A DNA stretch of 64,000 nt from Raillietiella orientalis. Lineage: Eukaryota. Where the stretch lies: positions 434,001 to 498,000 of the forward strand of contig JAYWIR010000020.1 in assembly GCA_036172245.1 (NCBI GenBank). Direction: 5' to 3'. The notes beneath the pieces are model-generated. The model was not told the origin of the DNA. It saw only the letters and a list, made by a program, of their open reading frames with translations, and did no database searches. Position 1 is the first letter of the stretch. Each line of letters opens with the position of its first letter. Below, in pieces: positions 51,201 through 63,750 of the stretch. Made by a program: the position numbers and the translations under genes.

Positions 51201-52130
51201 AACTTCCGGTCTCGAGAAACCCCCTTCACTTCCTAGAATCTTTCGCCACCCTCCATCCCTTTCACTCACAGATGAACAATCCAAGAGGGAGTCAAGAGAT
51301 GCAGGGAAAAGATGCTCTCGAGGAAGAGCAGGTGAGAAGCGATCCAGAAATCCAGACTCCAGAGTGGAGGAAAGCAAAAGATCCACGGATTACATTCGCG
51401 TGGCTCAGGGGCAGAGCAAGCAGGTTCCGAGAGCATGGGGGTCTATGACGACGGAATTATCTCTGCCGTTCCCGAGAGAGCGGTGGAGAGACCCCCACAG
51501 CTGCCTGCCCCTCCCTCCTGCGAGCCAAAATGACAGTGTCTCCGCCTCTGGAGCTGCAAGCAGAGGAAGCAACCATGCCCATCACGAGTCCCTGTGACTC
51601 GGAGCGACCGAATGAGGTATTGTGAACAAATTCCTCCTGAATGTGTGGAGGCATCTATCCAGAGAAATTCCACGCCTGGTTAGGAAATTCCTCCATCTGC
51701 CATCTATGGCCCTAAGGCTCATGGAGGGATAAGGAGGCAAAGGGCGAATCCATCTCGTACGTTAGCGCAGATCGGCTGATTCGCGCTTTCAGATACGATG
51801 AACAGACTGGTGCCGCTTCTCAGAGACATCTTTTCTTGCGTGGGTGCTAGGCGGAGCGGTAGGCTCCCCAGCACAGCCAGTCCAACCTTCCTCTTACTCG
51901 CCTGCCATCCATGGAAGGTGTGGTTGTGTTGGCATCCGCGTAGCAGAGGTTCTTCTGAAGCTCCGATCCCGAATTTCCTCTCCGAGCTCTCCAAAGGTTC
52001 CTGAGTTACCGCTTGGTACCTGAAAAAAATCCGATTCTTCCCCCATCTCCATCTTTCCTTCCCCATTCTCGGTAACCAATGACCGACTTCTTGATGGATA
52101 CGCTGCGGATGTTCACGGGATGCGATCAGG
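48300..52130 (-). mobile_element. Decayed near-full-length LINE ORF2 (APE plus RT; CR1/L2-group)
   Basis: APE remnants QAVTQE (cf. VTET), KRKVGLAV (cf. GGGV), LLIPP (cf. YIPP) and LLPV...GISPH (cf. LPP.G.SDH). RT remnant GKSWMQLFLFLKP...LHLLNP. C-terminal RVFKYCLKRSGLSRRCLSLQQAAFPVLE (cf. L..LKR.G....L...Y...RPVLEY) and LSYLDAF (cf. SY..AL). All collinear. Confidence 0.55.
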
Positions 52131-52222
52131 CAGTGCAATCACAGTCCCATCGTTTTTTGAGACTGTTGATCAGAGGTGACAGTGGGATCACCCGAATCCT
52201 CTCGAAACTCAGAAGGAGCCAA

Positions 52223-52785
52223 GTCGCGCCTTCCCGGGAGCTGGAAATTGGACGACGTGAAAACTCTGCACAAGGGGGGAAATTCAGACCGAGACGGGAG
52301 CAAAAAGAAAAGAGCTGGGAGGGGAAGGTGAGGAACTCGGAGAAGAGAAAGATTCGTGGAAGATGAGCTCCCTGAAAAGGCCTCCCGAAGCTACGGGCGG
52401 ATCGAAGACTCTGTTCTCACCATCGAACGGCATGCAAGTCCGACGCGCTTGGCAAACGAAGCTCAGGGAGAAGATGAGACGGGATTGTTTCCGTCCGCGA
52501 CATCCTGGGTGGATGTCTCGGAGCTTCCGGGACTTCTCCCGTCTCCCGAAGACTTGCCTAGATGAGGCGGGAGGAGAAGATCGCGGAACAGTCGGGTCTT
52601 TGCCTTTCGCGTGTGCTCTTCTTGGCTGTCTTCCGGCCGACATTGGCAGGCGGAAGGAAGGAGAATGGGCGTGGAGGTTGATGGGAGCAGCCTCTCTCTG
52701 TATGTGGGGAAAGCACGTCCGTGATTCAGGGACTCCTCCGCAACCGAACGGCCGTAGACCATCGTGCTTATCTTCCGGGAAACGT
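52223..52785 (+). repeat. About 560-bp inverted repeat, copy 1 (partner 57563-58119)
   Basis: Near-identical to the reverse complement of 57563-58119, with few substitutions and two small indels. The same peptides appear in opposite-strand ORFs (MSSLKRPPEATGG...). Confidence 0.97.
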
Positions 52786-53889
52786 GTCTATGGAAGAGCG
52801 CCACGGAAAGCCGATCTTGAGGAGGAAGGAAGGAAACGGATTGGACTTGATGGTATGGAAGCGCAGCAGATTCTTCCGTCTGCTTACATGCGAAAAATTC
52901 TTCAAAACCTGTGTCGTCATCTCCTATTTCGTTTCCTCATCATCTCATTCGGAGATGAAGGAATGCAAACGTTACTTGCATGCACTCATACATGTGCTCA
53001 CATATGTATACGTGCTTTGCATGTGTGTGTGTACATAGTGACTTGTACTTGCAAACATGCGGGCGTATCCATAATTGAGTGCTCATCAATAACAGCATCT
53101 CGTATAGTTTGCCATCGAGCAGGTGTGTATGCGCGTGTACACAACTCATCTCGAAGCCGATCCCGCTGGATAAGTACTCGTCGAGTCGTTCCTGAGAAAT
53201 AGGGATCACAGAAAAGCCGCACAGTTTCGGGAAATTTCTGGAAACTGTCCTGCTGAACACAGCAGGAGTCATTTGGAGGATCACGCGAGCTGCGAAGGGA
53301 AAATCTCCGGAGCTACTTGGTTCTAGAAGAGCAACAGAGTCTGCCGTACTGGCATCACAGGAAGGATAATTTCAAGTCAGCAGGCATTCTGGAAATGCTT
53401 GAAGGAAGGAAAAAAAGGAGGGACTTTAAAAGGAAAATTACAGAGCTGGAAGTTGGTCCCCCACTTGTGCGAAGTCATCATTCAGGATGGGCATCGTTTT
53501 TTCATCCTCCTTCTCCTTATGGAAACGCATGATCGCCTGCGTTTCTGTTTGCTCTTTATCTTTTCTGATCTTTATATGGTTATTCCGCTGGGGGGTTGTG
53601 GTGGAATCTTTCCCAGAGAACTCTAAAAAATCATGATGTTGAAGAACGAGCTTGCCCGAGAGATTCCCGACTACGTTCCCAAGGTCAAGCAGGAATCGCA
53701 AAGAATGCTTATCTGTTTACTTGTCTGTTTTGTGGATGGTGTGAGTATCGCTTTGCACGCATGCAACGCATTAATTCTATTGACCGCTGGACGAGATTCT
53801 GTTTGCACATCCAACTTGAAGAAATGCTGCTCCCTCCCCCTCGTATTCCATGAGAAGTTCTTCCTTTTTTTTCCCAAGGACTGCTTGCA

Positions 53890-55350
53890 AGGATGGCTTC
53901 CAAGACTTGCATAGGGGATGCAGTTGCCTTCCCTCGAGGATTCATTTCACAGCCGGACATCCGTCCGAGTTCACTTTTTGAAGAGGTGCGCTTTCCTCTG
54001 TTGATCCAGCCGAGTGATCCGCTTCGTTCTGTCTGGAAAGCAGACGACTTTCTTCCCCAGCTTCTTAGATGTATTCATCTGGACTCCGGGCATTTCCTCA
54101 GATCCATCTGTTCTTCTACCACCAGCTCTTTCCAAGTGGACCACTCAAGAAAAGAGAATCTATCTTCGCTGCCTCTGGAAACAGACACTTCAGCCGGGAA
54201 GCTTCGTTTCCAAGGATCGGCTGCAAAGGGCAAGGTGGTTCAGAGTGAGCGTTTTGTATGAGCGAGAGCGAGAAAACGCAGTCGAGATTTTCGACAGAAT
54301 CCCAAACAGAATCACCTGATTCCTCCAAAGTTTCAGAGGAAGACACCTGCCATGTCAATCATGAGGTGAAAAGCCTGGAGATTCTAGAGGAAACCGAATG
54401 AAAAAAAGAAAAAGAAAAATGAAAATCATCTTTGACAAGAGTAATCCTTTTTTTCCAACAGATAGGGGAGAGAAGGGCAATCGAGGCTGGTGGGATGTGA
54501 TCAAAACTCAGCATATCGAAGTGCTACAAAGTATTTAGATGAGGAGTCCTCGGAGTTCCGTAGCATCTTGCATTCCTCTCAGCTACCTTGGTCAAGTTCG
54601 ACCCGATCACTGCCAGGGAAACAGCCACGTGGATTTCTCGCCTGCCTTGCCGGCGAGAATCCCATCAAAACACGCTTCTGAGTAACAGATGAACTTTCGT
54701 TGCGAGATTTTCGACGGATGATTGCTGGGGAATCAGTTGTGCAGACAGGTTGCTCCACATCGCTTGACGTTTCGAGGGAAAGAAAGAATGCTGGAGCTCT
54801 GCCACTCCTGATACTGGCAGTTCGCTTGCTTCTGTGCCAACAAGTGGAGGGGGAATGTAGATGAGACTTTTGGTTCTTGAAGCCCATAAGAGCGTATCTT
54901 TCCGGCTCGACTGAGGACTACTCTTATGCCCGCTCCTTGGTGCATCCTGTCGCACCCTCCCTCCTCCCTTACAAACACACAAACACACTTTTCGTCTTTG
55001 TCAGCCTGTTGTATTCGATTTTTCGGAGAAGATGGGTCTCACGCGGATGCCTTGCTCTTGCGCCCGCACAGGACATCCACGCAAGTACTTCCCAATGCTC
55101 TTATGCAACAAAAAATTTTTTGAATTTTGAAGAGACGGGGAGTGGTTCCGTTAAATCCGTTTGCTCGACGATCTCACCAGCCCCGTCCTCCATGCAGTTT
55201 CCAAGAGAGAACCAGAAAAGGAGATCAAAATGTACACAAGGGGAAAGTCCATACAGAAAATGGGTATTTTCAATATCTCTGCCCAGAGAAGGAAGAAAGG
55301 GAGGTTACCTTAGCAGGGAAAGGTCTCAACGATGCCTTGCAGTTCCCTAT
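53890..55350 (+). mobile_element. Decayed LINE RT
   Basis: FEEVRFPLLIQPSDPLRSVWKADDFLPQLLRC...FLRSICSS...RKENLSSLP...KLRFQG...KVVQSERFV resembles EEV...L..L.P.KS.G.D..P.LLK...L..IFN.S...WK.A.I.P.P...LRPISL....K..E.FV. Weaker remnants follow downstream. Confidence 0.55.
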
Positions 55351-56559
55351 GGACTTGCAGCTTTGGGATAGTGAGAAGAAAATTGGTTGCATCGAGTGGC
55401 AACGGAGGATGGTGCTACTAGCGAGAGGCTGCTAAAGGCGTCGTTTTCTTCTCTAGATTTAGTAATCGTATTCCACAGAAGCAATCAAACTTTTTTATTC
55501 TGGTTGTCTCTTGAAAGAAATTACTCTACCGACGTGATAAGACAGATCATCTTGATCTCAAGAGTAGCTACGATGAATCCGAAAACTGAGATCTCGCTAT
55601 TAATTCTACTTTCACTCATAGATACCTTATATTCCAGGAGTCCCGTTGCAGACATTCTTCTCAAGATCCTTGTTATTATTCCTTTGGGGATAGCTCATGA
55701 AGAATGACTGGAGGATCCATTTTGTGTTCTGCAAGAACATTATTCTCTAAGGGAAATGGAAGTCAGATTTCAGCATCAGATTTTGATAAATTGCTGTCAA
55801 ATATGTAGAACCTGGCAGGAAGGGCTGACTGGAGCGAGAATAGCAGCCCGCACCAGCTGCACGAAATGGTCTGGTCGGAGCACACATACGATGGATCATT
55901 CTTGGAGGGCACCTGTTCCCACAGAGTTCTGTTTTGTTTCACCTTTAGGACAGAATTGGGAAGCTTCATTGGAAATGAAGAATAGATTAAGAGGAAAAGG
56001 TGGGAGTGAGGAGCCCTAAAGCAAGGATTCAAGTTGTTGAAGATTTTGCCAATGAGGACACATCGGATGTAGTCAGATGAATCCTCATCGGAGAACAACT
56101 TGATGCTGATAAGCCATGCATCCACTACTCTCTTCTAACGAGACAGGAAAAGGGTATCTTATTACCCGAAGAACTCACTGATAATTAGATGGTATCCCGT
56201 AGTGGGCCAGTGATTCCTCTTGCATCTATGAAATATTAAGAGCAGAGTTTCAAAAATGATTTCTCAGGTGACATAAAGACTTGGAAAGCCGCCTTTAGTT
56301 CTGCATGCGCTGAAAGGAGAACGAAAGGAATTTGGGCCGAAACTTCCAAATCCCTGGAAGGTTAAAATTGAAATTCAGAAAGGGCCTCCTGTATTTTTCA
56401 GAATTTCCGAAACCTGTTATTCGTAAAAAGGAGTCATCACCGAAGCCAAAAGTTCCCTCTCATACCGTTGAGGCAGCTGCAGACGATGAAACCATGTACG
56501 ACTTACACATCCATCTTTGGTGCATAACGTGAACGGTCCAGTAAAGAGGAAATCATAGA

Positions 56560-57400
56560 AAAGTCATTGTCAGATACAGAAATATCGATCGGCATCTTTC
56601 ATGATAATTATAGGTCAAAAACATTATTCCTTCTTTACTTGTTTCCTGACTGGATACTGAGTTATACTATACGGTGCAACTCAAATGCCGGATTACCTCT
56701 GAATGTATCTGGAGGCGGATACAATGCTTCAGTGAAAAAATCTGGTGTTTGGTAGCAGAAGGGCAAAATGGCACATCGATTTCATCTTTGGCGTAATATT
56801 CTTAAGACAACCACGTGATATTCAGAGATCATGAAAACTGCTTGGATCTAGAATTCACAACCACGTCTTCAGCATCTCTCTGCTCGTGGGGATGAGTTTG
56901 TCGATCGGAATAACGTTTGGCAATCCTTCAAGCTTACTCAGAGCCTTTCGGCAGAAAACAACCTTGGCTGCAAAAGTGAGTGATCGTGTCAGGAGAAATA
57001 TAGGACATAGAGATACAAAAACATTCCCGCTGCAGCATCGGTGATGTATGATACCCGTCAGGAAGCATACAAAAATAACACGTATGAACACTTTGATGTG
57101 TTTGCTATATACACCACTTAGCATCTGTACTTTCTCAGAATGCTATTTTCCTCTCAGGAGATATCAGCAGTGATGTCTTTCGGTCCCAAGAAGAGCAATA
57201 GAAAAAAGGTCAGCAAGTTCAAGATGCTTCACTCCAGAAGTCCAGTTACTCACACTAGAACTAATTACGCAACGGTGCGTTTTTCCGGAAATTAGTTGCC
57301 TCGTCTTCTCGATCGCAGGCGCACGTTTCACTTGGCAATTCTCTTCTGTGTTCTTTAATTCAACGGAGCCTCGGAAGAAGAGCTGCAGTCTGATCAATTG
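56560..57400 (-). mobile_element. Decayed Tc1-like transposase
   Basis: PIFLLTRSLTF...VFCRK resembles V.FSDES.F...V.R, MLKTW resembles M.W, and AILPFC...TFRGNPAFELHRIV resembles ILP...FQQDNA..H.ARIV. Confidence 0.38.
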
Positions 57401-57562
57401 TAGAGCCGTCTCCAAGGCCAGCTGCTTCTGAACTGTTGAAGTCCAGCTTGTATCACCAGCGGTGGGACACCAATTGCAATCAACAGTGCTTCTGTTCGGT
57501 TGGAGTGGGCGCGAAGAGAGATGTCTCCACCTAAGTGGGAAGATTTCGATGTTCGAGACACA

Positions 57563-58119
57563 ACATTTCCCGGAGGATAAGCACGATGGTCCCCGGCCGT
57601 TCGGTTGCGGAGGAGTCCCTGAATCACGGACGTGCTTTCCCCACATACAGAGAGAGGCTGCTCCCATCAACCTCCACGCCCATTCTCCTTCCTTCCGCCT
57701 GCCAATGTCGGCCGGAAGACAGCCAAGAAGAGCACACGCGAAAGGCAAAGACCCGGACGGTTCCGCGATCTTCTCCTCCCGCCCCATCTAGGCAAGTCTT
57801 CGGGAGACGGGAGAAGTCCCGGAAGCTCCGAGACATCCACCCAGGATGTCGCGGACGGAAACAATCCCGTCTCATCTTCTCCCTGAGCTTCGTTTGCCAA
57901 GCGCGTCGGACTTGCATGCCGTTCGATGGTGAGAACAGAGTCTTCGGTCCGCCCGTAGCTTCGGGAGGCCTTTTCAGGGAGCTCATCTTCCACGAATCTT
58001 TCTCTTCTCCGAGTTCCTCACCTTCCTCTCTTTTCTTTTTGCTCCCGTCTCGGTCTGAATTCCCCCCCTTGTGCAGAGTTTTCACGTCGTCCAATTTCCA
58101 GCTCCCGGGAAGGTGTGAC
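57563..58119 (-). repeat. About 560-bp inverted repeat, copy 2 (partner 52223-52785)
   Basis: Direct reverse-complement match to 52223-52785. Confidence 0.97.
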
Positions 58120-58449
58120 CTGCGACAGTCTTCTAGGATCCTTTTGGAGCCGGTGAATCCGGAATTTCGAATTGCTCGAAGAAGGAGGGAACAAGGAGTC
58201 GTTGGCACTCTTCCAGGACTATAGGAAAATCCGGGTGCTTACGATAGAGAAGCTGCAGGTTTTGGTATTCTTGATACATGTTTTATCTTTCGACGTAAGC
58301 TGAATCGACATCCATCGGCACGTCGTGTACGGAAATTCAGCCATAGCGAGAGCGCAGGATGCCTGCCGGGTGAAGACGCCTTCGGGATCTTCTGGAGAAA
58401 ACTGTCCATGTTGATCACCCATGCTGGTTGTCGCTATGCTTCCAGGACC

Positions 58450-59140
58450 TCCCTTCTCTCTCTTTCTTCAGATACAGCAGATGTTTTTGCTGTATCTTAC
58501 GTCGTAGGGCACTATGAGTTTCCTCAGGAGATTGGCGTAGCAACGAGGGATTTCCGGATCCTGAAGTGTTTGATCGTTGTCTGGGTCCCATGATCCTGAC
58601 GATCCCACGAGGTTTTTCCTCGTTCCTACGCAAATTATTCGGATTAGCCATCTCTTTAGAACCGACTGGAGGTCCGCCTGAGTTGGCTTTCGCGACACTT
58701 CTTTCCTTTCAGACCGTCGATAGCACTTCATCCTTTCGCTCCTGCATTCCTAGTTCTATTCAAAACTCAAGTAATGGAAATCCCCTGAATCCCTTCACAA
58801 TTTCGGAACCTTCGCACGAATCTTTTCTTTCATTTCGTTTTTTTGTGGTTTTTCGCTTTCTATTCTGTAAAACTCTACTGAGGATCCTTTCATCTCTCGT
58901 ACGATTGCCTTAAAGATCCTTTAAAGCGAATTCTCTGTACCTCAAATTATAAAGGAGTTTCTATTTTTTCTATCCTGCAACTCCCCTTCCCGTACCTTCC
59001 TTTGCTGAGATCAAGACGGAGGATGAAGTTCCTTGAGATGCGGATGACGCCTATCGATAAGATGAAAACGGCTGATCCGAGGAACTTCAAAGGTGGCACG
59101 CGTGGATCAGGGGGATGCGAAACATGAAGGAACACGAAGA
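58450..59140 (-). mobile_element. Possible LINE RT C-terminal fragment
   Basis: LKFLG and DLQSVLKRWLIRII (cf. LQ.VQ.RA.RII). Weak. Confidence 0.25.
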
Positions 59141-60499
59141 TGAAACAGCAGATGAATGGCTTTCTCAGAAAAGAAGGAGGCGGAGTCTGGCAAGAGCTCC
59201 ACGTGGATGAAATAAATAAATTGAGTAAAAAGGGAATCCTTCAGACGCAAATGTTGCAAATAAAATGGAATTCATCGCAGACGTGTTAGAGTGAGCAAAA
59301 AGGTGCTCCTTCATCTTCCCAAGCCGGATCATCCTCTCCCTCCATCTCAGAATTCCTTGATTTCCGCTTATCGAGTCGATATAGCAAAAAAGTAGCAACT
59401 TCTTCGGGTTTCCCGGGATCCGACTGCGGCCTAGGAAGGTTCCCGCACGTTGGCTTCCCGAAATGCATCGTGAGGACCATTTACGTCTCTTTCGTCTACA
59501 CAGCTCGCAACTAGTTAGGGTGGATGGTCAAGAAGGGACAGGTTGCGCGCTGACGACGCACTGGGACCACAGCTTCTGCATATCAGTTTTCATCCAGAAA
59601 AAGCGCGGTAATGATTGCAGCATACCTCCGTGGAGACGGAAAAAACTCTTCGTCAGGAGCATCTTCGAAATGAACAACAATTTTATCTCTTACATAATGG
59701 ATTACTCCTCTCGAGTTGGAAGGGGAAACTTGGGAAGGGGGGACGAAGAGGTAGAGGGGAGAAACGACAGCTTGTCCACATTCAAAAACTTGCCCTTCGC
59801 ACTCCTCTTCTCGCTCGAGTGGCAGCTCTCTTCTCCCTTCATGGAAATACGACAATCAGCTGATGTGTCTGGTAGCGCAGACCACGCGATAGCGTTGCAA
59901 AATTCATTTTTCGCTCTTTGCACTTCCATTAGCTGTCTGATATTTATTATCCTTATAATCCAGGCTGGATTGATTTAGGAAAGTGTGTTTGCGAGTTTTT
60001 GTACCATTTGCTCACATCACACAGTTTTCCTCTTATTTTCATGTTCCGCAGATTGTGAGATGGAGCTGCTTTGATTCGTTGATCACACTCCTTTTTTTTG
60101 CACGAGTGCAGCAATAGTGCAAAAAATCTGTGTTGTACTCTTCGTTGCTCCCATTAGAAAATACACGGCCTTCTGCAGAAGGGAATCGTTCTGATGAATT
60201 AAGGGGATTCCCTGTTTTTTGCGGCCCTTAAAAGATGGAGAAAAAGCAAACATTGAGCACTGCCTTCCAATCAAGTTCGGATGAGCTCAAAGGGGTTCAA
60301 ACAAATTTCAATTTGTCAACAAAAATAGCCAAGGGATATCAAGCATCTGGTAACATGGACCGCCACGTCAGATCTATGGAAGGTGCTTAGTAATTTTCAT
60401 TTCCGACAAGGATGTGCTCAAAGATTGAGAATTCAGTGCGGGGCTGAAAGCACGCCCCATTTTCAGGCAGACGGGGTTCTTCGCCTTCATAAGCAACTC

Positions 60500-61650
60500 C
60501 AGGGTCTGTCAAGCCACCTCTTCCGATGAATAATCACATCATCGGGACCATCAAACTCTCTCTCACGAAGAGAGTTGCCCTCTGGGTCACACGAATGGAG
60601 ATCTCATGGAATCGAATCCGGTCCGGAAGGTGAATGGTGTGCTCGATACTGATCCAGGATCGAACGCGCGAGTTGCTATCTGCAAATCGTGCGTGGACTT
60701 CTTTTGCTGTGCAAGAGAAGGACATTTTGCATTCCTTGTGCAAATCGATCCTCTACATGCTCTACGGAGTCCGGCAAGTAAGAGAAAACTTCCTCTCCGG
60801 ATGTTTCACTGTTTCGGTGGTCATCATACTGATTGAAATGGCCCGGCCCACGTTCTAGAAGACAAGTGACCGGAGCTGCCTTCATCTAGAGAGGCGGAGC
60901 ACCAGATGATAACAGTACATAGATTACTCGTTCGCTTTGTGTCTCACTGAGCGCTGCATTCCGTACCGGTCATAGCGGGAGGAAGTCATCTTCATCCATC
61001 TGATAATGAGACTGCCGCTGAGCATCAATATCCTTACGTTCTGTAGTTTTGATGTTTTGGTGCCATGCTTCACGGAACAAACTGTTGACAGGTTGGGAAA
61101 TGTTCCTGTTTTTGAATAAGGAATTTGAACCTCCGACACTAATTCCTTTGCTAATAAAGTGAGAGAAATCAGTCCAGACGATGACAACAGCATGCTGTCG
61201 AGGTCCATGTCGGTAGCGGCCGTCAAGTGAGTGATTTATCATTCTGACCAATTTCCCTCTTTCTTAAAGAGCCCAAGTGTAATTCTGCTACCAGCAGGAG
61301 GACATTTGGAATCCACAGAATCTCTGAGATTCCTCAGTGTTTGTGGATGCTTTCCTTTCTTCCCTCCTCTTCCAGGAGACCGGTGAGTGACTATTGGACT
61401 CACTTCAATATTGGACGCTGCTTCGAACAAAGATGTCGCTCACGATATCTTGATTATCGAAGAAGAAGCTTCTGAAACGGATGTCCACTAAATTTCAACC
61501 TGCTCCTGACGAGTTTTCCCTGAGGAACAGTATCGGAGAAGAACTTGTTGACTGACTCTAGTAGTCCCCATGTTCCATTCATGCATGCCTCCTGAAAAAG
61601 GTCTGAACACCCTTCTGATTCCATCTTACTGCTTTTGTTATCTGGAAAGG
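60500..61650 (-). mobile_element. Decayed Gypsy/Ty3 LTR retrotransposon integrase
   Basis: SVDSK (cf. VD..SK), RHGPRQHAVVIVWTDFSHFIS (cf. RHG.P..IVSD.G..F.S), AWHQNIKTTER (cf. YHPQ.NG..ER), FNQYDDHRNSETSGEEVF (cf. YN...H..TG.SPF), and EFDGPDDVI at about 60532-60560 (cf. the GPY/F motif), all in order. Confidence 0.5.
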
Positions 61651-62527
61651 AATTCTCGTTTAGACCCAACTGAGGACTGTAACTTCTACTTAAGATTCCC
61701 CCTTAATTGATCAGAGAAACAGAATGAGCGATGATTATGTGAAGAGGAGTAGCATCAGTTTTTGCTAGATAAGAATGAAAATCTCCACCTCAGTTCCTGT
61801 TCTCTTCAAAGAAATCCTCTTATCCCACTGAGACTCTCAACTGAGAGGGGTTCTGAGATGAACTCGAGATGAAATGCTTCCATATGTTTAAAAACAGGAG
61901 AAGAATCACGATTAATCCTTTCGTATCTGTGGATTTAACTTCTACACCATGTTCTCGAGACCTTTCGGACATCTTCCGGTCATTTCCATGGCATATTGAC
62001 TGGATGCTGATTGAGATGCAAACCAACCAAATGCCGCTCTTTCTGTCATTAGAAGCAACACAAAACTGTACATACTGTGAGAGTACTATCTATATGCTAC
62101 GCAACACAATGCATGCATAGTGCATACATATGGAGGTTGGAGATGGAAATGATCCAAGCTCTTTCATATTGAGGGGGAGGGGGGAAGAGATTTTTGATGC
62201 ATGTCCAGATGCAAGGTTCTAATGGAGAAATCAAAAAAGAAGCAGTCTGCTTCATCATATTGGGGATGACTGAGTGAACATTCCACCGTTCTTGAGTGTA
62301 AGGAGTCCCCATGAAGCTGTACTGAAAGCTGAAATCATCATCAGCACCGAGACCACAGTGGAAAAGCTACATCTCCCGAATGGATTCCTACTAGTTTCTT
62401 CCTTTGCTAATGCTTCAGATGATTCATCTCTTGTCCACGAGGCATTCCTGGATGTGAGTGGTTATAATAACCGATGTCTGTAACAACTTTGAATCGATAA
62501 TGACTCCACCACAGACTCATCAAAACA

Positions 62528-62561
62528 AACATTGTCAATGGGCTTGCCCATTGACAATGTT
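62528..62561. repeat. Perfect 16-bp inverted repeat with 2-nt spacer
   Basis: aacattgtcaatgggc-tt-gcccattgacaatgtt; a partial third copy, cattgacaat, lies at 62569-62578. Confidence 0.95.
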
Positions 62562-63299
62562 GAATAGACATTGACAATTAGAATTGAATAGAATTAGAAT
62601 TATTTGAATCAGAATAAGAATACAAGAATAAAATAATGGAAGTTTCGTCGAGGAGTGAAGTACCAGTGCTGTTCTTTGGAGTCACAGAAATATGGCGAGA
62701 ATTATGCCGCGAAAGACTGCCAATTTCTGTCGAAGTTGCATGATGCAGCATCAGCACGAATATGATGTGCTGTATAATCATGATAAATGGTGAATGAAAT
62801 AGGAATAGAAAAACGAAATGAGCATTAAATAGAATGCATCGTTACAGTTCCTACATTTCTCCAGGAAAGCTCTGAAGAGTTGAGGACCTGATCAAATCTT
62901 TGGGAAGGATAGAGGGTAGACTTGAGCTCAAAATCCATTCTCCTAGTGCATTTTTTCCCTTGTCACTTCGGTCCCTGTTTTATTCTTACGGGTCTCTACA
63001 GTTACTCTTCATCAACTCACTACTGTCTTCCACTCTGCTATATAGAATTTCAGTGGTAGACACAAGTTCTCCAAACCACATCATAATCATGTGGACATTT
63101 TAATTGGTCGACTCACGTTTCATCTTGTCTGAGAAGGGTGGCAAGTAATCCATTCTCAGAGATAAAAAACTGGATGGGTTCACCAGGAAGACCAGGGGAC
63201 GATGTGAAACTATGACGTGAAGGAGGATGCCGTGAGTATCGCGTGGTGCGACGAGATAAATCCTCGCTTATGCCAAAAGCTCACGATTCTCAAGGAGAC

Positions 63300-63750
63300 T
63301 CAGGAAAATGGACGAAAGACCCAAGATGAAGGGAAAGAAAGCATGGCTCAAAGCAGGAACTGGCGGAAGAGCGCCCGTGTTCTCTGAGGGGGAAACTTTT
63401 CAGAACCCTGTGATCCAGAACGTTCCCGTAGGCACGCGAGCCTGGCGCGCTCGACAGCTTCTTCGATATGCCTTGAACGCCGCAGGTGCAAGGCAAAACG
63501 CCAGAGACCCGCTCCGTGTACGATAGAGAAAAACGCAGCTGATCGATCGAGCGGAGATCAGAAATTTGAAACATGTCATGGTGAGAGATCAAGATCAAAT
63601 CCTGGCTCAGTGATCCTCGAATCATCTTGAAAGCTGCAAGACCACGCCTGGCTCTCAAGTTGCCCATTAGAGGTTTGCTGCCCCTTTCCGCTTCAGAAAA
63701 ATCTGGCGGAGATTGCGGATTGCCCCTCACCCCAATAGCAGGTTCCACCT
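63300..63750 (-). mobile_element. Possible LINE RT C-terminal fragment
   Basis: FKMIRGSLSQDLILISHH...IDQLRF resembles K.LG..L...L....H......L..LR, and AFKAYRRS resembles YK...RS. Confidence 0.33.

Noticed and set aside
52363..53202. 279-aa ORF, the longest in the window
   Set aside because: It spans the inverted repeat and a low-complexity TG/CA tract. The frame is broken in the second copy and shows no recognisable domain.
52223..58119. Intact Tc1/Tc3 transposon with long TIRs around the 56.6-57.4 kb transposase relic
   Set aside because: There are no TA target duplications or CAG-type termini at the outer ends, and the repeats look much younger than the transposase.
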